Source: Mobula hypostoma
Taxonomy: Eukaryota
DNA: 64,000 nucleotides
NCBI RefSeq assembly: GCF_963921235.1
Contig: NC_086097.1
Coordinates: 205,346,001-205,410,000, forward strand
Direction of reading: 5' to 3'
The notes beneath the pieces are model-generated. The model saw nothing but the letters and a program-made list of their open reading frames with translations. It did no database searches and had not been told where the DNA came from. Of the stretch, positions 1 through 14,270 are shown piece after piece (position 1 is the stretch's first letter; the number at the start of each line of letters is the position of its first letter). A program made the translations under genes and the position numbers.

Positions 1-2420
1 TATACGGAGCTTGCTAAGATGGCTGATATTCTACACTCAGCTAGGCTGCAGTGTATTTCTGAGTTTCTGCACATACCATTTGGATTGAAAAATGCAGCAC
101 AGACTTTTCAAAGGCTGATAGACTCTATATTAAAAGACTTAGATTTTCCTTTTGTTTACCTGGATGACAGACAGTACTTGTCGCCACTGCATCCAAGTCC
201 GAACTCTTATCTTACCTCCGCACACATTTTAAGCGCTTAAGCCTACACAGGTTGATTATTAACCCTGCTAAATGCTAGCTTGGGTTGTCAACCATTGATT
301 TTCTCAGCCATCATATTTCCACAGAATGTGCAAAACCCCGCCTATCAAAGGTAGCCACTATTATGGATTTCCAACTGCCCTGTACTATTAAAAATATGCA
401 GGAGTTTTTAGGCATGGTGAAGTTCTATCACTGCTTCATTCCACGAGCTGCTGAGCTTACACTCCCCCTGTATAGTGCACTTAAAAGGCAATACCCCTAA
501 TCATGTACTTGGCCGGTCAGTGGACATGACCAGGGCATTTGATAATACCAAATGAGCTCTTTCTAACATGACCTTACTAGCACACCGGCTCCCCAAAGCA
601 CCCACAGCCATTATAACAGATGTTTCAGACTAAGCTGTGTTTGCTGTGCACGAACAGCTGGTTGGAGGTGTTTGGCAGCCACTCGTCTTCTTCAGACGGC
701 AGCTCCTTCCCCTGAAAGGAAGTGAACACGTTTGACTGTGAGCTTCTCGGTCTCTGTCTGGCTGACTGCCATTTTTGTTTTCTTCGAGAAGGTAGGTATT
801 TCACATTTGTTGACCATAAACCCCCATCCCCTGGGCACACAATTCCCAATATATCAATATAGCCCGGCAGCAATGCCACCTGACTTGTGTATCTGAGTTT
901 ACAACAGATATACAACATACCAAGGAGAAAAATAATGCCCTGGCTGATTGCCTCTCATGGTTAGCCATTGAATCCGTTCACATAGGGGTTAATAATGCCC
1001 AGCAGGGTAGCCAACCAAGTTACTGACCCAGAGATCCAGGCTTACTGAACAGCAGTCATGGGTCTACAGTTGGCTGACATTAAGTTCTAGGAAGCTGGAG
1101 TTTTTCTCCTGTGCGATGTCTCAACTGGTCACCCTCGCTCTATTGTGCACGCAAACTGGAGATGAACTGTTTTCGACTCCATACATGTTCTCTCCCATCT
1201 AGGCTAGAAGGTCCCACAGAAACTGCTTGTACTAAAGTTTCTTTGACATGGCCTCAAAAAGTATTGGCATGATTAGCCTGCAGCACGTGTGGAGTGCCAG
1301 CGGGCAAAAGGTAACCATCATGTTCAGGCGCCATTGGCACCTTTTGAGCTTCGCTGAGTGGTGGTTTGACCACGTCAATATGGGCCTTGCTTGTCCTCTT
1401 ACCCCCTACTCGCTGTATCGCACATCTTCTTACCATGGTGGACCATACCACTAGATAGCCAAAGGTCTTTCCTCTAACATCAGCGACGTCTGCACATATG
1501 GCTTAGGCCTTCATCAGCACCTGGGTTGCTTGGTTTGGCACCCCATCTGATATTTCCACTGACCGCGATCCACAATTCATTTCAGCCCTCTGGGCTGCAA
1601 CGACCCAGAACCTCGGTGTTAAAATACATCACACCGTAATGAATCACCCACAATCCAATGGCCTACGCGAGCAGTTTCACTGCTCCATAAAGGTTGCTCT
1701 GAGGGCTTCCTTGGCCAATGAGTGTTAGCATAATCGGCTCCCAGGTGTCTTTCTGGGACTCAGAATTGCTCCAAAAGAAAGACCTGTTGTCGACCGTGGC
1801 TGAGTTGGTATATGAGCAGCCATTCCGAGTGAATAGTGATTTTATTCCTGACACCATGGCTTCCTGGTCAGCCCCTCAACAGCATTCCACCCTCCTCAGT
1901 AAATCCAATTCCTTTTCATCTATTCCTACCTCCCATCATGGTGCGCAGTACTCTTGGGTTCCTATTGACGTAAATTCCACCTCATTTGTTTTTGTCCGCC
2001 ATGATTCATTCCAGCATCTCCATAAGCACCTCTACAATGGCTTGTTCATTGTTTTGGAATGGGAGAAATCAATGACTTTTATCATAAGAGGGGAAAGCCT
2101 GAATGTATTTCTGTAAATTGCCTTAAACGAACTCATCAAAATTTGGAGGCTTCCGTGGCTATGTACATGGTGTTACAATGTGACCATGAGCATGTCAACG
2201 CACCTCTAGGCATGCTTCCTTCACTCATGGAGAACAGGGCCTGAGATGGGCCACTCGTCCAAGCTCCAGAGAGCCTCACAATATGGTTTTAGTGAATTCT
2301 GCGGGTGGTTTGTGTAGGGTAACGTAATTGGGAGAAATGTACATAATTTACAACCACCAACATTGAGTTGGAGTTTCGCTTTAAGAGGCTGGTCTGACCC
2401 GATGACGTTATTACATAAAA
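1..2420 (+). mobile_element. Degenerate Ty3/Gypsy LTR retrotransposon: pol remnant (RT, RNase H, integrase) and probable start of the 3' LTR
   Basis: Fragments PFGLKNAAQTFQRLID..FVYLDD (RT) and EFLGMVKFYHCFIP; integrase-like sequence at ~1350-1700; many stops and frameshifts; G-rich tract followed by TGTAG at ~2313. Confidence 0.85.
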
Positions 2421-2469
2421 GGTACCCTACAATAATATTAAATGCTCAGCTGTAATCGATAAAGAGCAT

Positions 2470-2810
2470 TCTGATGTATGCATCTTCACTGTCCAAACGT
2501 TCCAGGGTTGTGAGAAGAGCCAATGAGATAGCATCTGCTGTGGACCTATAAAAACAAAAAAAAAACAGCACATCCACAAAAACCACGACCTTAACAAAAT
2601 CTAATTAAATATTGAGCAGCAAAAGGGAGAAAGGTATACAGGCAGAAGTAAACATACACAGCAGAGGTGCACCACACCAAAAAACCTATTACTTTGATAG
2701 GCAAATTGGAGCGGATTCAAGTTTCCACTCAAACAGGAACTGATATGCTTCAAAACCAGGCTCTCAAAACACTTCACTGTGGACATAAGTACCTCTGAGT
2801 GATAGTAATT
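2470..2810 (-). mobile_element. Rex1/Babar LINE RT fragment interrupted by an A-rich insert (2550-2683, ACCTAT duplication)
   Basis: KCFESLVLKHISSCLSGNLNPLQFAYQSNR; ACCTAT at 2544-2549 and 2684-2689. Confidence 0.7.
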
Positions 2811-3414
2811 GAGAGGAGGAGGGAGCAATAAGATTACACACTGATTTTGTGATAAATCAGTTACATTCAGAAGTTCAATTTTGATCTCAAATTGTTGGTG
2901 GCAGATAGCCACAGTTGAAAGTGGAGATCTTTGTCAGGTTTGGCATCATTTTAGTTGTTCAGTAATGACTCCTCTTTTGGAGAGTAAGTTATCCCTTTCT
3001 TTCATAATAATTAGGCATGACTGAGGTTTGATGTCAGGATCAGGAACTATTGGAAATGGGGCCCATTGTGTTCATCCTTTCACCAAATTTATGCCTCACT
3101 ACATTGGTGACCATTCCAAAATGTATTTGAAATTATCATCTAAAAGAGTCAATCATTCTGCCGTCTGGCTGAGTCTGCACGTAGGCCAGACTGTGAAAGG
3201 ACGTGAGATTTATTTCCCTAAAGAACTGCCTCAGTTTTCAATGGAGTGACATCAATCTGACTTGAAAGGAATGGTTTTCTAAGGAGAGAGTAAAGCAGGC
3301 CTACACTACGAAAGGGCATGAAAAGCACCACCATCCTGGGCCAGATGTCTAGACAGGTGGTTATTAATGCAGGTTTCAGTCACTTAGCTTTCAGAATGAG
3401 GTAGTAAATTAGAT

Positions 3415-4203
3415 TCAACGTAGGTTTAGCAAGAGCAATCAGAGTGGTAATAGATGGATGTCTCTCTGACTGGAGGCCTATGACTAATGGTGTGTCGTAG
3501 GGATCAGATCATTGTTGTTGTTTGTCCTTTATATCAATCTGGATCAGCAAATTTGCAGACGACAAGAAGATTGGGGCATAGTGGACAGCCAGAAAGATTA
3601 TCAAGGCTCGTAGCAGGATTTGAACCAGCTGGAAAAATGGGCTGAAAATTGCAAGACAGAATTGAATTCAGACATGTGAGGTGTTGCAGTTTGGGAAGTA
3701 TATACCAGGGTAGAGCTTGCACCATGAACAGCAGGGCACTGAAGAGTGCAACAGAAGGATCTGAGAATACAGGTCCATAATCCCTTGTAAGTGACATCAC
3801 ACGTAGATAGGGATGTAAAGAGAACTTTTGTCACATTGGCCTTTATAAATCAAAGTATTGAGTACAGGAGTTGGGATCTTATTTTGAAGTTGTATAAGAT
3901 GTTGGTGAGGCCTCATGTAGAGTACTGTGTGCAATTCTGGTCACATACCTATAGGAAAGATACCAATAAGATTGAAAGAATACAGTGAAAATTTACAAAT
4001 CCATGCCAGGACTTGAGGGCCTGAGTTATAAGGGAAGGTTGAACAGGTTAGGTCTTTATTCCCTGGAGCAAAGGAGAATGAGGTGAGGTTTGAGAGTAGG
4101 AAACAAAATTAAGCAGGCTTTTTCCACTGAGTTTGGGTAAGACAGCAACTAGAGGTAATAGGTTAAAAGTTTTTTTTATATATTATTGTGTTCTTTATCT
4201 TAT

Positions 4204-4254
<51 letters not shown>

Positions 4255-4640
4255 GTGTGTGTGTTTGTTTTTCTTTTTGCTGCAACAGATCCGGAGTAAC
4301 AATTATTTTATTCTCCTTTACACTTGTGTACTGAAAATGCCATTAAACAATATTGAATCTTGAAGGGTGGAAGGTGAAATATAAAAGGGAACCTGAAGGG
4401 AAACTTCTTCATTCTTCAGGTGGTGCAAATGTGAAACGAGCTACCAGTGGAAATGTAATTTGCAGGTTCAATTTCAATATTTAAGAGAAATTTGGATAAG
4501 TACATGGATAGGAAGGTATGGATGATAATGGTCCAGATGTGGGTCGATGGGAGTAGGCAGAATTACAAGATGGACTGGCAAGGACAAGATGGGCTGAAGG
4601 GCCTGTTTCTGTGGTGTATTTCTCTATGACTTTATGACTT
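3415..4640 (+). mobile_element. CR1 LINE 3' portion, decayed
   Basis: KFADD-like motif; LYKMLVRPHVEYCVQFWS; CR1-type 3' tail (gggctgaagggcctgtttctgt...tctatgact). Confidence 0.85.
4167..4363 (+). repeat. LINE 3'-tail fragment containing a (TG)n microsatellite (~4208-4263), inserted in CR1
   Basis: Interrupts the CR1 sequence AGGTTAA|GGGTG; ends attaaacaatattgaatcttga. Confidence 0.65.
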
Positions 4641-5989
4641 CATGGTATGTAGGATTTGTATAGTTTCTCACTAATATTATCCAGTAAAACAACAAACATC
4701 ACACAGGTGCAAGTTTAGTTAACAAGTCATTGAGTGCATGAACATTTTGTGCAAATGGCACTAAAGGAAATAGTCATACTTCCACTATGTAGCACTATAC
4801 TAACATTTACTTTCAGTTGTACTTCTGAGCTGCTATGTATCTGTGCAATCAGAGGGCAAAAACAGATAAGATTACTCTTGCACGTGGATTTTTTTTTGCA
4901 CAAGATCAGTTTTCATCCCTCCTTTTCCTTTCTATAAGCTCTATTATTTTCTTAAGAGCCCAGAGGGGTACTGGTGACTGAAGAAATATCTACTCCAGAC
5001 AACAAAAAGGAGATGGGTAGATGGATGTAAAGAATAACTACAGCATTAAGTTGTGGCAGAGTTAGTGAGCAGTGGATAATTAACCTAAACGCATCTTGAG
5101 ATATTTAATATATAAATTTAAGATTTATGTATAAGATCGTTATTTTATAATGTAATAGCACAAAGCTAAGGCTATTTCAGAGATTTGTTATCCTACAGTT
5201 TAAACTAATTTTCAACATTAATTTAACAGATAATATAACATTATAGAAAAAAATCATGTTCTTTCTTCATTATTGATCATCCTTGCCCTGTGAAATATAT
5301 GAGGTGTATCCTCATATATTCCACAAGAATTTGTTTGCTGTATTTAGGAAGGATTCCTGACACAATATTTGGACTGGTGTTGGCCATGAAAGAACTAAAA
5401 TATGGACAAAAAAAAACCCCATCAAACTCAAATGGATCAAGCACAGTAAAAGTAGACAAACCAATTGTCTTGATCTTTGCCACAGTTGAAGGGATGGAAG
5501 TTGCCATTATGTGAAGTTGCTCTGTACCCTCCATTTTGTGACTTGCCTTGTAAACTGGTTTTGTTCAGGAATAGCTGCATCAAAGTGTTTTAAAGTGGGC
5601 ACAGTGATGGTCCTGATAATCTGCTGAACTAGAGATTATTTCCAAATAAGAAGTTATTTGTGAGGTTATTTGTAAGAATTAAGGGCTTCATATGAAAAGC
5701 AGCAAGACCTCTGGAGACTATCACAAGGACGATCACCCAATGCCAGGGGCTAGGAGAAGAAGGATTAATTGTTAGCCAACTGGAGAACCTCTATATTGGT
5801 ATTATAAATTGGAGAAGTGCTCTAGGTGAGTATTGGTACAGAGGGAACCTTAGAATTTATCTTTTAAGTTGTTGGCCTGTGGTCAATATAGTTATGCTGG
5901 AGTTTATACAGGGCAATAATGTAAACATTTTGATTAATAAAGTGTTGTGTAGTGAATTACCTAACCTAGACCAGTTGACGATTGGTCAA

Positions 5990-7125
5990 CACAGGCTAAC
6001 TAGAGGAAGGGCCATACTCGAACCGGTGCTAAGCAATGAACCTGGTCAGGTTACAAACTTCTTGGTGAGTGAGTATTTCAGGGGCAGTGATCAAAGCATC
6101 CTGATCTTTAGTATTTCTTTGGAGAGGGTTAGGATCAGATGTTATGGGGAAGTATTTAATTAGGGAATAGTAAATTATGCTAATAGGTAAGAATTTAGGA
6201 GTGTTAATTGGGAACAGATGCTCTCAGGGAAATGTACAATGGAAATGCAGACAACACACAAAATGCTGGAGGAACTCAGCAGGCCAGGCAGCATGTATGG
6301 AAAAGTGTACACTTGACATTTCAGGCTGAGACCCTTCAACAGGACTGGAATGTGGAGGTTGTTTAGGGAGCAGTTGAATGGGGTTCTAGACAAGATTGTC
6401 CCATTGAGGTAGGTTAAGGATGGTAGGCTGAATGAACCATGGTTGACAGGAGATGTGGAACATTTAGCCAAGAGGAAGAAGGATGCACATTAAGGTTTTG
6501 GAAGCAAAGTTCAGACAGGGCTCTTGGGAGTTATAAAGTAACCAGGAAGTAGCTTAAGAAGGAGATTAAGAGAGCTAGAAGGGGACATGAGAAGACCTTG
6601 GTGAATAGGACTCAGAAAAACACCAAGGCATTTTACATGTCGGTGAAAAACAGGAGGGCGAGTAGAGTGAGGGCAGGACTGATCAGGGATAAAAGCCTGG
6701 AGTTGGAGAAGTTGGGGGAATCCTTAATGTATATTATGCTTCAGTATTCAGCAGACAGAGGGATCTATGTAGGGTCAGCATAGAAAAGGCTTATATGCTG
6801 GAATACTTCAAGAATAAGTAAGAGAAGATGCTTGAAAAAACATTAGGAGAAATAACTTGCAAGGGCCGGATGGGATACACTCCAGGTTACTATGGGAAAC
6901 AAAGGAAAAGATTGCTACATCTTTGGCATTGCTCTTTGCATCCTCACTGACCACAGGAGTAGTACCAGAAGACGAGAGGGTGGCAATTATTCCTTTGTTC
7001 AAGAAAGGTAACAAGGATAATCCAGGGAATTATGGTACCAGTGATTCTTACATTAGTGGAAGGCAAACTATTGGAGAAGATTCTTAGAGTCAGGATTTAC
7101 AAGCATTTGCACAAAATTGATTGAC
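5990..7125 (+). mobile_element. CR1 LINE ORF2 fragment (end of endonuclease to start of RT), decayed
   Basis: RGRAILEPVLSNEPGQV; GPDGIHSRLL; IPLFKKGNKDNPGNY. Confidence 0.85.
6250..6349 (-). mobile_element. Penelope-like terminal-repeat fragment with a degenerate hammerhead motif, nested in CR1
   Basis: Homologous to 45414-45510; minus strand reads AGTC-CTGTTGA-AGGGTCTCAGCCT-GAAAT-GTC. Confidence 0.75.
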
Positions 7126-7619
7126 ACTGAAAAAGGTTCAGTGGGAACCTGGCAGAGAAAGACACTTGCAGCTCCCTTTCATACCACCATGCCTTTTTGG
7201 CAGTGATATCTGCACAGATCATCTCACAGCCACATATATTCCAAATGCACCAGTTAATTAAACTGGCCTCTGATTCACAGCAAATAAAAACCTTTTTTGA
7301 GATCAATTACCTGTTCTTAAGCCAATGCATATGTATATGTTATAGCATGTAACCAATTCAAAGGCTTTAGTGCAAGTTATGGACAAGCATTCCTTAGAAA
7401 TTAAATTCTCCCTCCCTCTCCTTCTCCCTCTATCTCTATCTCTATTTGTTCACCTTAAATTTCTTATATAGGAAAATGTTTCTGTGGGCTCATGTACATT
7501 GCTTCAAACTATTTTTATCTGTCTGCCAAACAACAAACCAGTAATTACTTTGGATCAGACATTCCAGACAGCTTTGGATATTTTGACATATTATCTATGG
7601 CCAAGGTCAAGAGTAACTG

Positions 7620-7985
7620 TTGTACATGGAGCTTAGAAAAATAGAAGGCTATGCGCTAGGGAAATTCTTGGCGGTTTCTAGAGCAGATTACATGGTCGGC
7701 ACAACATGGTTGGCCAAGGGGCCTGTGAAGAAGAAGAAGAAAGCCCTTAACTCCAAGTGGAGTCATCGGGACACCATCATGACAATATTTCTTTAGCAGG
7801 CTTTCTTATTTTTACGAGGCCGAGTTGCTAGCTCGACGCTCAACCCAGCACAGATGGAAAGCGTGCAAGGGAGCCGGCTGGATTCAAACTCGCGAGCCTT
7901 CACTCCGAAGTCCAGCGCTGATGCCACTACGCCACCAGCTGGCCAAAGGGCCTGTAAAGTGCTGTAAATTTCTATGTTCTATGTA
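7620..7985 (+). mobile_element. CR1 3' tail, split by a SINE
   Basis: Homologous to the CR1 3' end at 10680-10810. Confidence 0.75.
7727..7943 (-). mobile_element. tRNA-derived SINE with (TTC)n tail
   Basis: Minus strand A box TGGCGTAGTGG and B box GAGTTTGAATCC; TSD CAA(G/A)GGGCCTGT at 7715-7726 and 7944-7955. Confidence 0.85.
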
Positions 7986-8253
7986 ACAAGCATACCTGAA
8001 TCGAGTTAAAGAGGAAGTGAAGCCATTCTGGGTCCTAGCTACTTTATCTCCAGGCAAGTGAACACAGTCTTTATTCACAATAGTCTGTAGATGTGACCTG
8101 GGTTATCTGTTTAGAAGGCCAAAGAATGATGAAAATGCATACATATGGAACTGAGATGTGTGTTGTGCATTTCAGATTACCACTACAAAAAGTTTGAAGC
8201 AAAATGTAGCACCTAATGCTTGATTGGCTTCTTCATGTTCTTGTTCTCTGTAG

Positions 8254-10815
8254 GTGGAGGTTAGGGACAGGAAGGGGTCAATAACTCTACTGGGTGTTTT
8301 TTATAGGCTGCCCAATAGTAACAGGGATATCGAGGAGCAAGTAGGGAAAAAGATCCTGGAAAGTGTAATAATAACAGATTTGTTGTGGTGGGAGATTTTA
8401 ACTTCCCAAACTAGGTTTAGATGGGGTGGAGTTTGTTAGGTGTGTTCAGGAAGGTTTCTTGACTCAATATGTAGATAAGCCTACAAGAGGAAAGACTGTA
8501 CTTGATTTGGTATTTGGAAGTGAACCTGGTCAGGTGTCAGATCTCTCAGTGGGAGAGCATTTTGGAGATAGAGATCATGATTCTATCTCCTTTACAATAT
8601 CTTTGGAGAGAGATAGGAACAGGCAAGTTAGAAAAGTGTTTAATTGGAGTAAGGGGTATTATGAAGCTGTCAGGCAGGAACTTGAAAGCTTAAATTGGGA
8701 ATAGATGTTCTCAGGGAATGGTACAGAAGAAGTGTAGCAAATGTTCAGGGGATATTTGTGTGGAGTTCTGCATAAGTATATTCCAATGAGACAGGGAAGT
8801 TACAGTAGGGTACAGGAACTGTGGTGTACAAAGGCTGCAGTGAATCTAGTCAAGAAGAAAAGAAAAGCTTACGAAAGGCTCAGGGAGCTAGATAATGTTT
8901 GAGATCTAGGAGATTATAAGGCTAACAGGAAGGAGCTTAAGAAGGAAATTAGGAGAGCCAGAAGGGGCCATGATAAGGCCTTGGTGGGCAGGATTAAGGA
9001 AAACCCCAAGACATTCTATAAGTATGTGAAGAGCAAAAGGATAAGATGTGAAAGAATAGGACCTAACAACTGTGACAGTGGGAAAGTGTATATGGAACCA
9101 GAGGAAACAGCAGAGGTACATAATGAATACTTTACTTCAGTATTCACTATGGAAAAGGATCTTGGTGATTGTAGTGATGACTTGCAGCAGACTGAAAAGC
9201 TTGAGCATGTAGATATTAAGAAAGAGGATGTGCTGGAGCTTTTGGAAAGCATCAAGTTGGATAAGTCACCAGGACCGGATGAGATGTAGCTTAGGCTACT
9301 GTGGGAGGCAAGGGAGAAGATTGCTGAGCCTCTGGCGATGATCTTTGCATCATCAGTGGAGATGGGAGAGGTTTTGGAAGATTGGAGGGTTGTGGATGTT
9401 TCTCCCTTATACAAGAAAGGGAGTAGAGATAGCCCAGGAAATTATAGACCAGTGAGTCTTAATTCAGTGGTTGGTAAATTGATGGAGAAGATCCTGAGAG
9501 GCAGGATTTATGAACATTTGGAGAGGCATAATATGATTAGGAATAGTCAGCATGGCTTTGTCAAGGTCAGGTCATGGCTTATGAGTCTGATTGAATTTTC
9601 TGAGGATGTGACTAAACACATTGATGAAGGTAGAGCTGTAGGTGTAGTGTATATTGATTTTAGCAAGGCATTTGATAAGGTACCATATACATGGCTTATT
9701 GAGAAAATAAGGAGGCATGGGATCCAAGGGGACATGGCTTTGTGGATCCAGAACTGGCTTGCCCACAGAAGGCAAAGAGTGGTTGTAGATGGGTCATATT
9801 CTGCATGGAGGCTGGTGACCAGTGGTGTACCTCATGGATCTGTTCTGGGACCCCTACTCTTTGTGATTTTTATGAATGACCTGGATGAGGAAGTGGAGGA
9901 ACGGTTAGAAAATTTGCTGATGACACAAAGGTTGGGGTGTTGTGGATAGTGTGGAGGACTGTCAGAGGTTACAGCGGGACATTGATAAGATGCAAAGCTG
10001 GGCTGAGAAGTGGTAGATGGAGTTCAACCCAGATAAGTGTGAGGTGGTTCATTTTGTTAGGTTAAATATGGCGGAATATAGCATTAATGGTAAGACTCTT
10101 GGCAGTGTGGAGGAACAGAGGGATCTTGGGGTCCGAGTCCATGGGACACTCAAAGCTGCTGCGCAGGTTGACTCTGTGGTTAAGAAGGCATACTGTGCAT
10201 TGGCCTTCATCAATCGTGGGATTGAGTTTAAGAGCCGAGAGGTAATGTTGCAGCTATATAGGACCCTGGTCAGACCCCACTTGTAGTACTGTGCTCAATT
10301 CTGGTCACCTCACTACAGGAAGGATGTGGAAACGATAGAAAGGGTGCAAAGGAGATTTACAAGGATGTTGTCTGGATTGAGGAGCATGCCTTATGAGAAT
10401 AGGTTGAGTGAGCTTGGCCTTTTCTCTTTGGAGCAACAGAGAATGAGAGGTGAGATGATAGAGGTGTACAAGGTAATGAGATGATCATGTGGATAGTCAG
10501 AGACGTTTTCACAGGGCTGTAATGGCTGGCACAAGAGGGCATAGTTTTAAGGTGCTTGGAAGTAGGTACAGAGGAGATGTCAGGGGTAAGTTTTTTACGC
10601 AGAAAGTGGTGAGTGCATGGAATGGGCTGCCGGTGGCAGTGGTGGAGGTGGATACAATAGGGTCTTTTAAGAGACTCCTAGGTGGGTACATGGAGCTTAG
10701 TAAAATAGATGGCTAAGGGTAAGCCTAGGTAGTTCTAAGGTAAGGACATGTTTGGCACAGCTTTGTGGGCCGAAGGGCCTGTATTATGCTGTAGGTTTTC
10801 TACATTTCTTTGTTC
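8254..10815 (+). mobile_element. 5'-truncated CR1 LINE (APE endonuclease + RT), decayed
   Basis: [70 protein letters not shown]1 3' tail. Confidence 0.95.
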
Positions 10816-13159
10816 CTAACTCACTTTGCGATCCCCCGCTATGCAATTCTGAGAGATGATGTACAGAAAATGATCTATTACTCACCTTTGACTCCACATC
10901 TCACTGATAGCTGATGATTACTTCTTCATTTTATCACTATCTAAAGGCCAGAAAACTGAGGCTACTCAGAGAATGTCACAGAATCATTAACATGTAATTT
11001 ACAGTCAAATACCAGATTGTGAGTCCACAAATCCAACTCCTCACAGCTGTACTCACTCACTGAGCAGCAGCAATAAAATCATACCATGATTTCCCAAACT
11101 CCTGCCCCAAAATGTCAGAGCGTGGTTTTGCTACTTTGTTACTTGTACAGTGTTGTTCTGGCACACGGAAAGAACATATGATTGGAGATTAAAATCATTT
11201 ATTTGGGAAAGTGTGTATGTTGCTTTCCATTGGAGTATACTGAAAGATTCATGATGTGACTTAGTGTGACTAAAGAACAGAAAGAATAAAAGATTCTCCT
11301 TGTGAGCCTACAACGACTAAATTCCGACATTCCGTTCTCTGATCTTGTCAGTAGTCTTCCCCTTCAAGCCATTAATTGTTCGTTTATCTTAATGAATATA
11401 AACATTTTAGATACTGCAGTTTTATGCTGCTTGTGCCTTTATCGCTTTTGAATTATAATTAAAAGTGGAAAATCACCAATAACTGTAATGATATGTGACA
11501 ATACTCAGTTCTCATCCACTGGTATTTTTAATTTGGTTTTATGTTCTCCTTCTGCCGCTAATAATTGAAGGTCTCTTACTTCCACTTTGATTCTGTTATA
11601 ATCTCTTTAATGCTCATCGCAATTTGAATGCTGTAATCACTGTGCTTGGTATGATCTGTTTGAAGATGTATTGGCTCATGCCAAAACTAAAGGCAATCTG
11701 ACTATAAAGCACCATCTCTCTCATCCTCCTGCATTCTCTATACTTTGGCTACCATGGTGAGTGTACTTTATGGTCCTGACTCACTTCCCTGCATTCAGAT
11801 AGAAGCTGTTGACACAGTAGTGCAAGATCTTACTGATAGTTACCATCTGAAAATATGCAAATAAAGGAATAATGGCTGAAAACAACCTAATTTTTTAAAA
11901 ATATTCAGTGACATTCTTGCATGTGTTCAATGTATGGGGATTAAATGCAGCACACCAAAAGTAGGTAAAATTGAATACTAGGTCAAAGTATATGATTTCA
12001 GCTCTTACTCAATTTTGGCAGCAATCAACATGACAATGTACTAGTATGGAGAAAATAGTGCTATAAACCATTTTAAATTGATAAGACTCAAGTCATTTTA
12101 TCAATATAACTGAGGTGGAATATTCAGCATACTAGTTTAAATTCATGTCCTGGCTGTAATGTTTTAATCCTAGTTGCAAACAGGGATATTACTTCTATCT
12201 TTATATCTTTAACACACATTGAGGAAATTACCATGGATGAGACATTTCTGTAGAAGTGTTTCAGGACCTACAACAGAAATTGAATATACACAGCTCAGTC
12301 ATTTTCTTGGCTGACAACACATCCATCGAAGGATATTTCACCTTTCACAATCACTGAGTTCAAGAAAAAATGCAAAACAGAACCTCTTTTACAGACCTAG
12401 TTTGTCTTAAATATGGGACCTACAAGGTTGTGTGATTGATGATCCAGGATTTCAGCTGTGACACAGTATAATTATATTAAATTATGAGTGCCTTCAGCCC
12501 TATGGAATAGATCAATCAAAGTATACATCAGAGATGTTACTATTGTTTGATATATAATTGGCCCTTGTTGCACAAATTTTACCTGTGAATGGCAGTATTT
12601 AGAGTGAACTCTGAGCTCATCCATACATTTTTTTTACTGAATACACCGAGTGAATGTAATGTGAGGGAATGGAGGACTCAGTGGAATTAATGTTTTCTGA
12701 ATCCTGTGCCATGAAAAGATCAGTAATAAACTAAAGATTCATATGTCAAGTGGACAACAGGTTAGCAAGGGAGTATATTTTCAAAGCTAGTCTTTGGCAC
12801 TAAGTGGCTAAAGGGACCTATTTTTAATATTTATTATTTTGCTATTCTGAAACAAAAGACAAATGATCAGTAGATCCATTGAGACAGACACTTCCCGTCA
12901 TGCTAAATGATGCACGCTATATATTTTCCTATCTCTTTAACCATCCGCCAAATTGCTATGCCATCTCTTGAGAAAGACAAGGCATGACAAAAAACGCCTA
13001 GGTCAAACTAGTGAATCAATGACTCAGCAACTTACTCTGCCAACTTCCTACTGAGTGAATTATCTCTTGAAACCTATCTGATTCTATTCATACAGTGTAA
13101 GAATATTTCACTGATCTTAATCAAACCATTTAACACAATCATCCAAACATGGGATTGCA

Positions 13160-13450
13160 ACCAGGGCTGAAATGGCTAACACGAGAGGGCACCATTTTAA
13201 GGTGCTTGGAAGTAGGTACAGAGGAGATGTCAGGGGTAAGTTTTTTACGCGGAGAGCAGTGAGTGTGTGGAATAGGCTGCCAGAAGCGGATACAATAGGG
13301 TCTTTTAAGAGACTCTTGGATAGGTACATGGAGTTAAAAAAAAGAGGGTTATGGGTAAGTCTAGTAATTTCAAAAGTATGTACAAGTTTGGCACAGCATT
13401 GTGGGCCAAAGGGCCTGTATTGTGCTGTAAGTTTTCTATGTTTCTATTCC
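13160..13450 (+). mobile_element. CR1 3' end
   Basis: TRGHHFKVLGSRYRGDVRGKFFT; tail (ttctatgt). Confidence 0.9.
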
Positions 13451-13494
13451 TTTTTGTGATTGAATACTTCTGTAAAACGGCAGTGCCATTGGTC

Positions 13495-14270
13495 ACAATG
13501 GCAACTCTGAGCCCAACGACAGGTGCAATTGATCATCCTTTATGTGTTTTTTTACAATCATAAACGCATTGCTGGTTATCAAGAACATCAGGAACTGCAG
13601 ATCTACCCCATCAGTGAATTGCTGAGTCACGATGGAGCTGGACTTAGTGCCAACCGTGTTGCCGCCTGTTACAGGAAGGCGTCAGAGTCAGTGCACAAAG
13701 GTAGTGAGCAGTCTAACAAACAGTGTGAGTGACTGGCTTGGATATTTTTCTTGTAATCGCAAGACCTTATTGGACGTTGGTAATGTAGAATACTGCAAGT
13801 ATGGTTCATTGGCGAGACCGACACTGGTGGAGCTACTTGGCTTTGATTGTAGCGCGAACTAGGTATCTAGCTGTGGGATTGTCTGTTGCAGGCACCTGGG
13901 TCAGAGATGCTGAAGGTGGTCTGGGAGAGATTAGAGACGTAGTGGGCTGAAAAACCATGTTGGTGGGGAGCTGACTCCTTCTGTCAGTGCTGCCCTCCAG
14001 TGTTCACTCTGTGGAAGACAAGCTGGATTGCTGCAGGTTTGTTCTTGCTGACAACATCTAGGTACCAGCAATCTACAGACATGACACTCATGGACTTGGG
14101 CGATCATTATATTTTTCAGAGTTAGTGTATGTTTACTGCTATCTTATATGTGCCTTGTGCTGTGTATGATTGTCGGTACTGTGTTTTGTGTCTTAGCCCC
14201 AGAGTAGCAATGTTTCATTGGCTGTATTCATGGGTATTTGTGTATGGTTAAATGACAATTAACCTTGAAC
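13495..14270 (+). mobile_element. Old non-autonomous LINE-derived repeat (probably Rex1-related)
   Basis: GC-richer body; Rex1-type tail aatgacaattaaccttgaac. Confidence 0.45.

Noticed and set aside
5690..5831. Open frame ending at a TAG|GTGAGT donor-like site
   Set aside because: No credible acceptor; adjacent to decayed CR1 sequence
7860..7943. tRNA gene
   Set aside because: A and B boxes are part of a SINE with a tail and TSD; no complete cloverleaf
10886..10940. Minus-strand segment with strong acceptor and GTGAGT donor
   Set aside because: Stops in all three frames; cannot be an internal coding exon and there is no other support
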